Source: an uncultured delta proteobacterium
GTDB taxonomy: Bacteria > Myxococcota_A > Polyangia > Polyangiales > Polyangiaceae
Length of the DNA stretch: 64,000 bases
Assembly (NCBI GenBank): GCA_963806225.1
Contig: CAWDXG010000004.1
Coordinates: 4,768,001-4,832,000 of the forward strand
Direction: 5' to 3'
A model generated the notes under the pieces. It was not told the DNA's origin, searched no databases, and worked only from the letters and a program-made list of their open reading frames with translations. The number at the start of each line of letters is the position of its first letter. The first letter of the stretch is position 1. Shown here piece after piece: positions 1-9,192 of this stretch. Made by a program: the position numbers and the translations under genes.

Positions 1-1
1 G

Positions 2-349
2 AACCGCTATGGCGGGAGCCGCATCGAGGCGAACGTGCCGAGGCGCTCCGACACGCGTGCCGGCGCTACACTGACCCGGGACGGCGGCGTGCTGCTCGTC
101 GGATACACCGACACGCTGACGCCGACCGGCAACGGCTTGTGGGTCGCCAAGTTGCCCGCAAAGAACGGCAGCATCGCCTTCAACGGCGCGACCACCGCCG
201 TGACGGGGCCGGTCACGTTCGCTGATCCCGGCTACTGCTTCACGGCGAGCGACTGGAACGAGCCTCCGGCTGACTACGACGCGCAACCCGCGCCGCTCGT
301 TGTGAAGGTCGAGTCGGTCAAGATCGATAGCTACGCGCAGACGCCGTAG
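2..349 (+). CDS. C-terminal part of a hypothetical (beta-propeller-like) protein, truncated by the window edge
   Basis: Open frame from base 2 (NRYGGS...DGGVLLVGYT...LWVAKL) to TAG at 349; motifs resemble propeller blades. Confidence 0.55.
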   Translation, partial: NRYGGSRIEANVPRRSDTRAGATLTRDGGVLLVGYTDTLTPTGNGLWVAKLPAKNGSIAFNGATTAVTGPVTFADPGYCFTASDWNEPPADYDAQPAPLVVKVESVKIDSYAQTP

Positions 350-517
350 CTCGGCCGCGGCCGGCGCGCTCGACACGCGCGAAAACCAGGCTGTGGCCCA
401 CATATCCCCGGAATCGTTGATGTCGTACACCCACGGAAAGGGGGTGAAGCGCGACCGGAGTCGACCAGCGAAAAACGGATTGCAGCCGAGCCGCAGCGCG
501 GTTGACCTACCAGGGAC

Positions 518-1228
518 GTGAATCGCTTCGCTCTCTATCTCTCGGTCATCGTGGTCTCGGCGGCGACGGCCTTCGGCACCACCGTGTACGTTTTGCGCTC
601 GGGGCGCTTCTCACCAAAAAAAGAAGCTCGAGTGACGGTGCCCAAGCTCGTGGGGATCTCTGAAAAGGATGCCAGAGCGAATCTGCAAGCGCTCCACCTG
701 CTGCTGCTGGTCGGTGCTCGCAAGCCGACTCCAGACGTGCAACCCGACACCGTGATTGCTCAATCGATACCACCGGGGCAGACCCTGCCGCGCGGTCAGG
801 CCATCACGGTCACTTTCGCGCAGGCGCCCCCCAAGGTGCCCGACGTCGTCGGCCATACCCTGGACGAAGCGAAGCAGCTCCTGGCGAAGCAGGGCATCGG
901 AGTCGAAGAGGGCAAACCCGTCGCCAGCAAGGACGTTGCGGAAGGCCATGTCGTCTTGCAGGATCCGCCGGCGGGTCCTGCTAGGAAGAAGCCTGCGCGG
1001 GTGGTGGTCAGTCTGTCGTCTGGGCCGAGCGAAGTCGTGGTGCCCAAGGTGCTCGGGCAGCCGGTCGGCAAGGCCAAGGAGACGCTCGAAGCGGCTGGGC
1101 TCGAAGCCCAGGTCATGTGGACGGCACGAGCCGAGACGGCCACAGGCATCGTGCTCAGCCAGCGGCCTGCCCCGGACACCAAGGCCAAGCCCGGCGACAA
1201 GGTGATGATCACGGCCGTCCACAGATAG
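518..1228 (+). CDS. PASTA-domain protein (N-terminal TM helix plus 3 PASTA repeats)
   Basis: Repeats VPKLVG..., VPDVVG..., VPKVLG..., each followed by (V/I)xxQxP; hydrophobic N-terminus. Confidence 0.85.
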   Translation: MNRFALYLSVIVVSAATAFGTTVYVLRSGRFSPKKEARVTVPKLVGISEKDARANLQALHLLLLVGARKPTPDVQPDTVIAQSIPPGQTLPRGQAITVTFAQAPPKVPDVVGHTLDEAKQLLAKQGIGVEEGKPVASKDVAEGHVVLQDPPAGPARKKPARVVVSLSSGPSEVVVPKVLGQPVGKAKETLEAAGLEAQVMWTARAETATGIVLSQRPAPDTKAKPGDKVMITAVHR

Positions 1229-1299
1229 GCGAGCCGCTGTGCCGAGCCTATGGATGTGCGCGTGCGCCAAGGCATGCGACGGTTCGAACCTTGGTTGCG

Positions 1300-1440
1300 C
1301 GCCGCCCGCCGGACCGCTGCCGCTGCTCTGGTACAGGCTTGACGGCGGCGCGAAGAACTCCGGCTCGCTGGGTTCCCAGTACGATGGCGTGAACCACGGC
1401 GCGACATGGGTGCCGGGCGTGATCGGGCGAGGCGGGCGAT
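1300..1440 (+). pseudogene. Possible fragment of a LamG/ConA-like domain gene
   Basis: LWYRLDGGAKNSGSLGSQYDGVNHGATWVPGVIG resembles the start of LamG-like domains; the frame then runs into antisense-derived sequence. Confidence 0.3.
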
Positions 1441-1595
1441 GGTCGACGGCGTCGTCGCTTCCGACGCCGTGCAATCCACCGGTCGAGTCGCTGTCAGCCG
1501 CTCGTGCCCGCGTCGGTGACGCCGCCCGCGCCGCCGGCACTGCTCAGCCGCAGGCCGGCCGTCATCGTCCTGCATACCCGATCTTCAACCTCTGG

Positions 1596-2399
1596 CTAGA
1601 GTTCGCAGTCGCCCCAGACCTTGACGGTCTTCACCTTTCCGTCGCCGTCGGGGAGCGATTTCCGCTTGAAAGCGACCGACTTTCCCTTGGGCATTACCTT
1701 CTGGAACCAGGTGTCGATGGTCGTTGCCTCGACCTCCCACAGCTTGCCGTCCGCGGCGTACATCCCGATGACGGCGTGCGGCGAGCGGCAGCCCGCCGGG
1801 CCGGTACTCACCACGGTTCCCGCGACCGAGTAGAAGCCGAGATCGTTGTGGCTGGTCGACACGCCTTCCACCTTCGCGCTCATGCTACCGTCGGTAGGCA
1901 CGGCGTCGGCGCTCACCTTGTACGACGCGTAGGGACGCGCGAGCTTCTCCATGTCGCGCGTGTACTCGAAGACAGCAATTTCGCCGGGAGGCAGCACCGA
2001 TCGAGCGCTGTACACGCCTTCGCCCTTGCCCATGGCTGCAGCGACTGATTTGACGTTGATCGGCTTTCCGCTCGAGTCGAGCAACGTGACGTGCGCTTCT
2101 ACGAAGCGCATCCATTCCTTCGTGTTGTTGTGGATCTCGCCCGGGATCTTCACGTATCCGTTTGCCGTTCGTGCGTGGCCGACGACAAAGGGCAGTGATA
2201 CCAGGGGCCCGTGGCCGGCTGGCGTGGGCGTCGCCCCGGCACCCGTTGCCGGCGCCGGGGCGCCACCGGTCGTCGACGCGGCTCCAGTTGGAGCCGCGCC
2301 GGGTGCAGCTTGCGCCGACGTTGTCCCCGGCTTTGAGGGGTGCTTGCACGCGAGCAGCGCGGCCACGAGGAAGATCAGATTGACGCTCTGGTGTTTCAT
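1596..2399 (-). CDS. Lipoprotein with two FxLYD-like Ig-type domains
   Basis: Lipobox LLAC, Pro/Ala linker, GEIHNNT...VTLLDSSG and GTVVSTG...GMYAADG repeats. Confidence 0.7.
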   Translation of the reverse strand: MKHQSVNLIFLVAALLACKHPSKPGTTSAQAAPGAAPTGAASTTGGAPAPATGAGATPTPAGHGPLVSLPFVVGHARTANGYVKIPGEIHNNTKEWMRFVEAHVTLLDSSGKPINVKSVAAAMGKGEGVYSARSVLPPGEIAVFEYTRDMEKLARPYASYKVSADAVPTDGSMSAKVEGVSTSHNDLGFYSVAGTVVSTGPAGCRSPHAVIGMYAADGKLWEVEATTIDTWFQKVMPKGKSVAFKRKSLPDGDGKVKTVKVWGDCEL

Positions 2400-2685
2400 G
2401 GCTTCTCTCCGACAGTTGTTCCCAGTGGGGTCAGGCTACGGGGACTGTCCCGGGTCGTCGAGACAATGGCGACCGCTCGCGGCTGGTGGAAGGCCCGCCT
2501 CGACCGCCTGAGCGCCGGCGACACGCTTCTCGTGCAAGGCGGTTGAGCAAACAGATCCACATATCCCTTTGGCAACCACACATGTCACAGTCGCGACCAT
2601 GCGGCGGGGCTGGCCGCTTCAGCAGCCGTCAACGCGCGCTGGACCAGAAAATGTCGAGAAGTCGAAACGTCGAAAACGCCCGTCC

Positions 2686-3165
2686 TCAGCGCACGCAACG
2701 CACGTGATACGAAGTCGTCACGACGGTGGCGTTCGTGGAGCCGTAGTCGAAGTAGACGTACCACGCGCTGGACGGCGCCGCGACCAACGGGGATGAGGAC
2801 CAGAAGAACGGGGGGGAGGGCATGCCCGGGAACGCCGTCGCGTCGATGGCCGGCGCGGGCAAGGCCACGCTGAAATCGACCAGCGTCATCAGCTCTTTCA
2901 CGCTCGGCACGCGCCAGCCACCGCCGGCCAGCGCCAGGCCCGCGCAGTAGCTCTGCGCCTGCGCCCACGTGTATTGGGCCGGGTCCACGGCCTGCTGCCA
3001 GACGAGCTTCGTCGCGGTGTCCGTGACGGTGCCGCCCGCGATCGCGTAGCGGCCCGCAGGCGCGTTGGCGCGGGCGCTCGACGCCGGCAGGGCGAGCGCG
3101 CAGGCGGCGCCGAGCGCGAGGGCGCCGGAACGGGCAAGGACGGAGCGGAACATTCGATGGGTCAT
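2686..3165 (-). CDS. Secreted DUF1566 (Lcl C-terminal/CLec-fold) protein, DGR-target-like
   Basis: Signal peptide; VTDTATKLVWQ, WRVPSVKEL, FWSSS, AWYVYF..G, VRCVR motifs; GGAGGAG RBS. Confidence 0.9.
   Translation of the reverse strand: MTHRMFRSVLARSGALALGAACALALPASSARANAPAGRYAIAGGTVTDTATKLVWQQAVDPAQYTWAQAQSYCAGLALAGGGWRVPSVKELMTLVDFSVALPAPAIDATAFPGMPSPPFFWSSSPLVAAPSSAWYVYFDYGSTNATVVTTSYHVRCVR
2689..2784 (-). repeat. Putative DGR variable region (VR), copy 2
   Basis: 32 codons collinear with 3384-3479, with differences only at codon positions 1-2. Confidence 0.75.
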
Positions 3166-3329
3166 GTCTCCTCCAGCTTCGAGAGCGCGACGTGCTCGAA
3201 GCGATTGGCGAGCTCGCGCCCGTGGGCGTTCTCGTGGCCCTTGGGAAAGCGCAGCACTGCCCTGTCCACGCGCACCGCCGAGTCCATGGCGGTGCGGAAG
3301 ATGGGCAGAGCTTCGTAGTAGCTGGGCAT
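3162..3329 (-). pseudogene. Truncated four-helix-bundle/Avd-like gene
   Basis: MPSYYEALPIFRTAMDSAVRVDRAVLRFPKGHENAHGREL resembles the Avd-like N-terminus (LPIY...FP+.HKY.LG.EL); only 55 aa; its stop overlaps the next ATG. Confidence 0.65.
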
Positions 3330-3380
3330 CGTCACCCGGAACAAAGATCGAAGGTCAAGAGCGTCGAGCAAATCCGTCCT

Positions 3381-4586
3381 CTAGCGCACGCAACGCACGC
3401 GAAGCCCAGCCGTCAGGTCGCCGTGGTCCGCGTCGCCGAGGCTGAAGCCGAGGTACCACGCGCCGGTCGGCTGCCCGGCAGCAGGTACCGAGGACCAGAA
3501 GTGCATTGGCGGCGTCCCCGGAAACGCCGTCGCGTCGATAGCAGGGTCGTGCTTGGTGTAGTCCACCAGCGAGAGCAGCTCGATTTCGGTGGGCAAGCGC
3601 CAGTCGCTGTGGCCCGCGAGCGCCAGGTTCGCGCAGTACGTCTTGGCTTCAGCCCAGTTGTAGCTCCCTGCGTCCACGGCCCGCTGCCACATCAGGCCGG
3701 TCACCTTGTCGAGCACCACGCCGGGTGTGGTCGTGTCGTAGCTGGCGGGGTTGGGCAGACCCGCGGCGACAGGGTTCGGCATGCGCCAGTCCGCCCATTG
3801 GCTGACGCAGCCTTCGCCGTCGCACACCTCGCCCGTCGCGCACGACTTTCCGCACGCGCCACAGTTCGTCGCGTCGTTCGGCACGCACGTCCCCACGCAC
3901 ACGATACCGCCGCCGGGGCAACTACACGTGCCGCCGATGCAGGCGCTCGTCGGCGCCGCGCATTGGGTCGCGCAGCCGCCGCAGTTGTTCACGTCCTTCT
4001 GCTTGTCTACGCACGTCGCGCCGCACAGGTTCGCGGGGTCGCACGCGCAGGCCCCGCTCTGGCAGGTATAGCCGGTCTGAGGGCAGGTGGCGCCGTTGTC
4101 CACCACGCCGTCGCAGTCGTTGTCCCGGCCGTCGCACTGCTCGGCGCCGCTCGACGTGCACTGGCACATGTCCGGGTAGCTCGGCAGCGGCGCGCAGGTC
4201 CACTCCGGCGCGGGCGGGCAATCGCTCGCGCTCGCGCACTGCTTGGAGCAGTGCCCGCCCGGCAGGCAGAGCTGGGAGGTGCAGTCGTCGTTCTTGGTGC
4301 ACGCTTCGCCGAAGGAACCGGGCGCGGGCTTGCAGGCGCCGGCCTGGCAGGTCGTGTCTTGCGGGCACGCAGTGCCGCACGTGCCGCAGTTGGTAGCGTC
4401 GGTCTGCGTGTCAACGCAGGCGCCGCTGCACAGCGTGAGAGCGCAAGCGCCGCCCGTGCCCGCCGTGCCGCCCGTGCCGCCGGTCGCGCCCGTGCCGCCG
4501 CCTGACGAGCCGCCGTCGCCGCAGGCCACCGTAACGGCGGCCGCAGCGGCGACACCCAGGATTCCGCGCCGACACCAACCAGACAT
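3381..4586 (-). CDS. Cys-rich lipoprotein with C-terminal DUF1566 domain, DGR-target-like
   Basis: GAGGAG RBS, lipobox TVAC, Gly linker, D..NCG.CG..C repeats, VLDKVTGLMWQ/WRLPTEIEL/VRCVR. Confidence 0.9.
   Translation of the reverse strand: MSGWCRRGILGVAAAAAVTVACGDGGSSGGGTGATGGTGGTAGTGGACALTLCSGACVDTQTDATNCGTCGTACPQDTTCQAGACKPAPGSFGEACTKNDDCTSQLCLPGGHCSKQCASASDCPPAPEWTCAPLPSYPDMCQCTSSGAEQCDGRDNDCDGVVDNGATCPQTGYTCQSGACACDPANLCGATCVDKQKDVNNCGGCATQCAAPTSACIGGTCSCPGGGIVCVGTCVPNDATNCGACGKSCATGEVCDGEGCVSQWADWRMPNPVAAGLPNPASYDTTTPGVVLDKVTGLMWQRAVDAGSYNWAEAKTYCANLALAGHSDWRLPTEIELLSLVDYTKHDPAIDATAFPGTPPMHFWSSVPAAGQPTGAWYLGFSLGDADHGDLTAGLRVRCVR
3384..3479 (-). repeat. Putative DGR variable region (VR), copy 1
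   Basis: Collinear with 2689-2784; every third codon position is identical. Confidence 0.75.
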
Positions 4587-4763
4587 TCTGATCCTCCTCG
4601 ACCACTTGCAGCAGATGTGCCCGACGTTCATCTACCGGGACGCGGCTGATCCGGGCAAATGCCCGAACGTCGGCCGAGGGCGCGTTTCTTCAGCACGGCC
4701 AGGATAGCTCCAGATCGACTTCGTATGCGCGAGACGGGCGACCCGTTGAGCGCGGTTGGCGTG

Positions 4764-5405
4764 TCAGCCACGCCTGGGACGGCGCACCGCGCGCACCTTG
4801 CCGCTCTGTCCGCCGCCGCAGAAGAAGAGATCGGCGCCGTTGGAATCGAGACCGCTCACACCTGTGCCGTCGGGCATTTCCACTTGTTCGAGCACCTCGC
4901 CGCTTTCGGGATCGATGCGGCGCAGGTCGCTCTTCTCGCCCTCCCAGGTGCCGTGCCACATCTCGCCGTCCACGAACGTCACGCCCGTCACAAAACGGTC
5001 CGAAGTGATCGTGCGCAGGACCTTGCCGCTGTCCGCATCGATCTGCACGATGGTGCGGTCGCGGTACTGGCCAACCCACAGCGTGCCTTCCGCCCAGGTG
5101 AGCCCCGAGTCCTTGCCCTGGCCTGGCGCGGGAATGCTGCCGACGACCTTGCCGGTCCTGGCATCGATCTTCTGGATGCGCGCGTCGGCGAGCTGGTAGA
5201 AGTGCGTGCCGTCGAAGGCGGTGCCGGCATCCGCGGTTACTTCGAGCCGCCGCGCGATGTTTCCGTTTTCTGGATCCAGTGCGACGAGCGCTGCGCCGGC
5301 CGCGAGCCAGACGTGCTCGCCATCGTAGCTGACGCCGCCCACGTGCGGCGCGCCTTCGAACGGTCCGTACTCGTTCACGATCTGGGCGCCTTGCTTCCTT
5401 GTCAT
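4764..5405 (-). CDS. Glutaminyl-cyclase-like beta-propeller protein
   Basis: EYGPF..VGGVSYDG.HVW, DAGTAFDG, DSGLTWAEG.LWVGQYR, RFVTGVT motifs. Confidence 0.75.
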   Translation of the reverse strand: MTRKQGAQIVNEYGPFEGAPHVGGVSYDGEHVWLAAGAALVALDPENGNIARRLEVTADAGTAFDGTHFYQLADARIQKIDARTGKVVGSIPAPGQGKDSGLTWAEGTLWVGQYRDRTIVQIDADSGKVLRTITSDRFVTGVTFVDGEMWHGTWEGEKSDLRRIDPESGEVLEQVEMPDGTGVSGLDSNGADLFFCGGGQSGKVRAVRRPRRG

Positions 5406-5440
5406 TGGTCTGTCTCCGGTTTCTTCGCCACGAACGATCC

Positions 5441-6659
5441 CTAGCCGCCGGCGACCTGCGACGGGAGTAACAATGTTGTCGCGAAAGCGGACATGGGCGG
5501 GGCAAGCCAGCGCAGGGACCGGCCGCGGCCGACGCGCTCCACTTTTCCTTCGCTCTCCAGAGCGGAGAGCGCACGCTGGACGCTGCGCTGGCTGGTGCCG
5601 AGCGCCAGCGCCAGCGCGGACGCCGCCCACGCCTGGCCGTCGCTGAGCAGCGCCAGCAGCGCCGCTGCGTCGCTCGCCACGGGCGGCAAGAGGAGGACCA
5701 CGCGCCGCGCGCGATGCGGGACCAGCAGGAATCCGTCGGGGGCGGCGCGGATGGCCGCCACGTCCGAAAGCGCGCGGCGCAGCCGCCCGATCTCCACGCG
5801 CAGGCGGGCGCGGTGGGATTCGTCGACCCGCCGCGCGCCGAAGGCCTCTCGAAGCAGCTCGTCCCGCTCGGCCGCTGCGGGCCAGGCGGCGGCGAGCACG
5901 CGCGCCAGGGCAAACAGCACCGGGCGCGTGTGCAGCCGGGCGACGGAGCCCGGCGCGCGCACGACGCGCCGGCAGCTGTCCACGATTAGCGCCCGCGAAG
6001 CGAGCAGGCGCTCGACCTCGAAAAGCGTGAGCGCGCGCTCGGTCCCCTCCGACACGGCGCGCGCGGCGGGAGCGTCCAGCATGCCGAGCGCGTGCTCGAC
6101 TTCCGAGACGAGTGCCGGGATGCGGGAACGCCGGGCATCCTCGAGCGCCCCGGACAGGTGCAGCTGCGCTCGCTTCGGCCGGATGCGCCGGAGCGCGACG
6201 TCCGCTCTCGCCAGCTCGCCGATGGCCGCGAGCATGGGCGGCGCCGAGCCGAGGTCGAGAATCGGCCAGCGCCCTGTCGGCTTCGTCCACGTTTCCGAGC
6301 AGGAGGCCACGGCGGATCGAGAGCAGGCGCATGTGCAGCGCGTTGACGCGATCGCCGTGCCGCTCGAGCACGGCCAGGGCCGCGTCCGCTCCGCGCAGGG
6401 GCGCGAGATTCCGCGCCGCGAACAGCACCTCGGCACGCGCCGCAATCGTGCGCGCGCGCGCCAGCGACTCGGTCGGCTCGAACCCGCGTGCTGCGCGTTT
6501 CAGGAGCTCGTCGGCCCGGGCGAGGTCGCCGAGCTGCGCCATGGCGATGCCGCGCAGGGCCAGCGCTGGTGCATCGTCGCGCAGCGCCACCCGGTCGAGC
6601 GCGCCGAGCGGATCGCCCACCGAGAGCCGGCGCGCGGCGGCGTTCAACAGCGAGTCCAT
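5441..6659 (-). CDS. HTH-domain transcriptional regulator, interrupted by a +1 frameshift near 6261
   Basis: MDSLLNAAARRL...GDPLGAL..VALRDD N-terminus continues in another frame (LDLGSAPP...SALALALGTSQRSVQRAL HTH). Confidence 0.75.
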
Positions 6660-6766
6660 CGCGCGGCGATCCTGGCCTGGAACAAGCCCGATCGGCAATC
6701 CCGACAGACTTGTTACTCCCCGGGAGCAGCTCCAGGGCCGTACAGATCCGGGCGAAGGAGGTTTTC

Positions 6767-7486
6767 ATGCAGGACACGAAACTCGAAGACCACACCAAGG
6801 TCAGCCAAGACAAGTGGCTCCAGGCGCGCAAGGCGCTCCTGAAAAAGGAGAAGGACTTCACCCGCCTGCGCGACGAGCTCAGTGCGGCGCGACGCGCCCT
6901 GCCCTGGGTTGAAGTGACGAAGCGCTACAGCTTCGACACGCGCTCCGGCAAGCGCACGCTCGCCGAGCTGTTCGACAACAAGAGCCAGCTCGTCATCTAC
7001 CATTTCATGTTCGGGCCGACCTGGGAGGCCGGCTGCAAGTCGTGCTCCTTCTGGGCGGACAACTTCGAGCGCAACGTGATCCACCTTGCGCACCGCGACG
7101 TGAAGCTGATGGCTGTCTCGCGCGCGCCGCTCGAAAAGCTCGACGGGTTCGCGAAGCGCCTCGGCTGGACCTTCGAGTGGGCGAGCTCGCTCGAGAGCGA
7201 CTTCAACTTCGACTTCGGCGTGTCGTTCACGCCGGAGCAGATGGAATCGGGAAGGATCGAGTACAACTTTGCCCAGCAGAAGGCGTTCGTGGAGGAGCTG
7301 CCGGGTATCAGCGTCTTCCACAAGGACGCCGACGGCACCGTGTACCGCACGTACTCCACCTACGGGCGAGGGCTGGATATCTACAACGCGGCCTACCACT
7401 ACCTGGATCTGGTCCCGAAGGGTCGCGACGAGGCCGAGATTGGCAACATGGGCTGGCTCCGGTTGAGGGACAGCTATGAAGACTGA
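6767..7486 (+). CDS. DUF899 thioredoxin-like protein
   Basis: AAGGAGG RBS; W..AR..LL.KEK..TR.RD...A.RR.LPW, YHFMFGP, GCKSCSF, RTYSTYGRG motifs. Confidence 0.9.
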   Translation: MQDTKLEDHTKVSQDKWLQARKALLKKEKDFTRLRDELSAARRALPWVEVTKRYSFDTRSGKRTLAELFDNKSQLVIYHFMFGPTWEAGCKSCSFWADNFERNVIHLAHRDVKLMAVSRAPLEKLDGFAKRLGWTFEWASSLESDFNFDFGVSFTPEQMESGRIEYNFAQQKAFVEELPGISVFHKDADGTVYRTYSTYGRGLDIYNAAYHYLDLVPKGRDEAEIGNMGWLRLRDSYED

Positions 7487-7754
7487 GTGCTGCTCCTCGC
7501 GGCGTGGCAAGGGCCGCGCCGCGAGGACCGCCCGCTGGTCGATCGTGCCGGGCCTGCTCTTGATGCTCGCGCCGAAATGTCCGATGTGCCTGGCGGCCTA
7601 CCTCGCCGTGTTCGGGGTGGGCGCCGGCACCGCTGCGCTCGTCGCACCCTGGCTCCGTCCCGTCGGGGTCTTGCTCCTGGGCGCTGCAGCGCTGGCGACC
7701 GCATGGATACTCTTCCGTGCGCGCCGCCGCCGTGATCGCGCCTTGATCCGCTAG
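7476..7754 (+). CDS. Small membrane protein with PKCPMC motif
   Basis: Overlaps the DUF899 stop; hydrophobic segments and a CxxC. Confidence 0.7.
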   Translation: MKTECCSSRRGKGRAARTARWSIVPGLLLMLAPKCPMCLAAYLAVFGVGAGTAALVAPWLRPVGVLLLGAAALATAWILFRARRRRDRALIR

Positions 7755-7833
7755 CACTCGTCCGGCGTTGGAGGACGCCAGGCGCTCCCGTCGGCCAGCC
7801 CGCGCGGCAGGACGTGCTCGACGAGATCGGCTC

Positions 7834-9192
7834 CTAGTTCGTAGGACACGCCGACGCCGACGGCACCGTGCACTTGCCGCCAGCGCAGACGGCGGGCGAA
7901 ATGCAGTGCGGACCGGTGGTCTCGTCGCAAGCGGCGCCATCCTGCGCGTCGACAACGCACTTGTCCTGGCTGCTGCCCTGGGGTGTGACGCAGGACGCGC
8001 CGGGCTCGCAGTAGAGCCAGCTGTAGCCGCCATCCACGCTGATGAGGCCGCAGGCTTCCCCCGCGGATGCGGTGACCTTCTGCTGGGTGCACTTGTTGGT
8101 GGACGAGTCGCAGAGCAGCCCCTTCACCCAGTTGCATCCGAGGGGATCCGCCGGATCGCAGCTCGCGCCCAGATCGCCCAACGGCGGCGCTTCGCAGACC
8201 TGGCTCGAGCCGCAGCGTAGACCCGAGTCGCAGTCGCCGGTGCTGGTGCAGCTCTGGCCGACCTGGCGCAGTGCCGCGCACTGGCTGTTCGAGTCGCAGT
8301 ACAGGCCATCAGCACAATCGCTCGAGTACGTGCAGCTCTGCCCGGCCGTCGCGCGCGGCGCTGCGCATTTGCTGTTCGAGCAGTTGCCGCTCTGGCAGTC
8401 GGAGCCGGATTGGCAGCTGGCTCCGCTCGCTGCCTCGTCCTGGCACGTGCCGCACGCGGCCCCGCTCGCGACGTCGCAACGCCCCGACTGGCACTGCGCT
8501 GAATCGAAACAACCGCTGCTGTTGGCCAACTGGGCTGTGCCGCCACAGCCCTGCCAGTTGCGGAATACCTGGGTGAGCTTGCCCTGGTACACGTCCGCGC
8601 AGGATTGCGCGCTGACCTCGCTCGCCAACACCGCGATGTCGGCCGGCAGGACTGCGACTCCCGGGGCTGCGAGCTCGTTGGTGCAGCTGAGCTGCTCGCG
8701 CGTCAGGCACAGCGCCTTGGTCGCAAAGGGGGCCCGTGCCGGCATGCAATTGAAGTACAGGTTGCAGAAGGCGCTCGCGAAGCTTGTGCAGGCGGTGTCG
8801 GCGCTGGTGCCAGCGTACTGGGCGCAGGCCGGGTCGGCATCCGCGCCGGCGTCGGTCGCACTGCCGCCCGCGGTCCCGCCACTGCCGGAACGTCCCACCC
8901 GTGTCCGCCGATGCGTCGCCCCCGCTACTGCCCGCACTGCCGCCGGTGGCTCCTCCCGCCATGCCGCCGCTGCCACCGCTCACCCCACCGGTGCCACCGC
9001 TCACCCACCGGCGCCACCGCTCACCCCACCGGCGCCACCGCTCACCCCACCGGCGCTACCGCCGATTCCTCCGATACCGCCAGCGTCGGTCTTGTTGTTC
9101 GAAGGGTTGCTGGAGCTGCTGTTCCCGCACTCCACCATGAGCAGGCCTGTGCAGATGGACGCAATCGCGAGTGTCAGCCGTGTCTTGCGCAT
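7834..9192 (-). CDS. Cys-rich secreted lipoprotein, interrupted by two compensating indels (~9003 and ~8890)
   Basis: Signal peptide/lipobox VEC, Gly-rich linker read across three ORF pieces, then GxSC...DC..G..C repeats. Confidence 0.75.
8975..9062 (-). repeat. 21-bp coding tandem repeat (GGVSGGA)
   Basis: About 4 units of ccggcgccaccgctcacccca on the + strand; one unit lacks a C. Confidence 0.8.

Noticed and set aside
420..480. GTACAC...GAAA hairpin resembling a cyclic-dinucleotide (GEMM) riboswitch P2 stem
   Set aside because: The downstream GCAAAG and P3 consensus is missing, so it cannot be supported without a covariance model search.
4764..6698. Apparent 644-aa regulator-propeller fusion
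   Set aside because: Artefact of the frameshift at ~6261; there are two separate genes.
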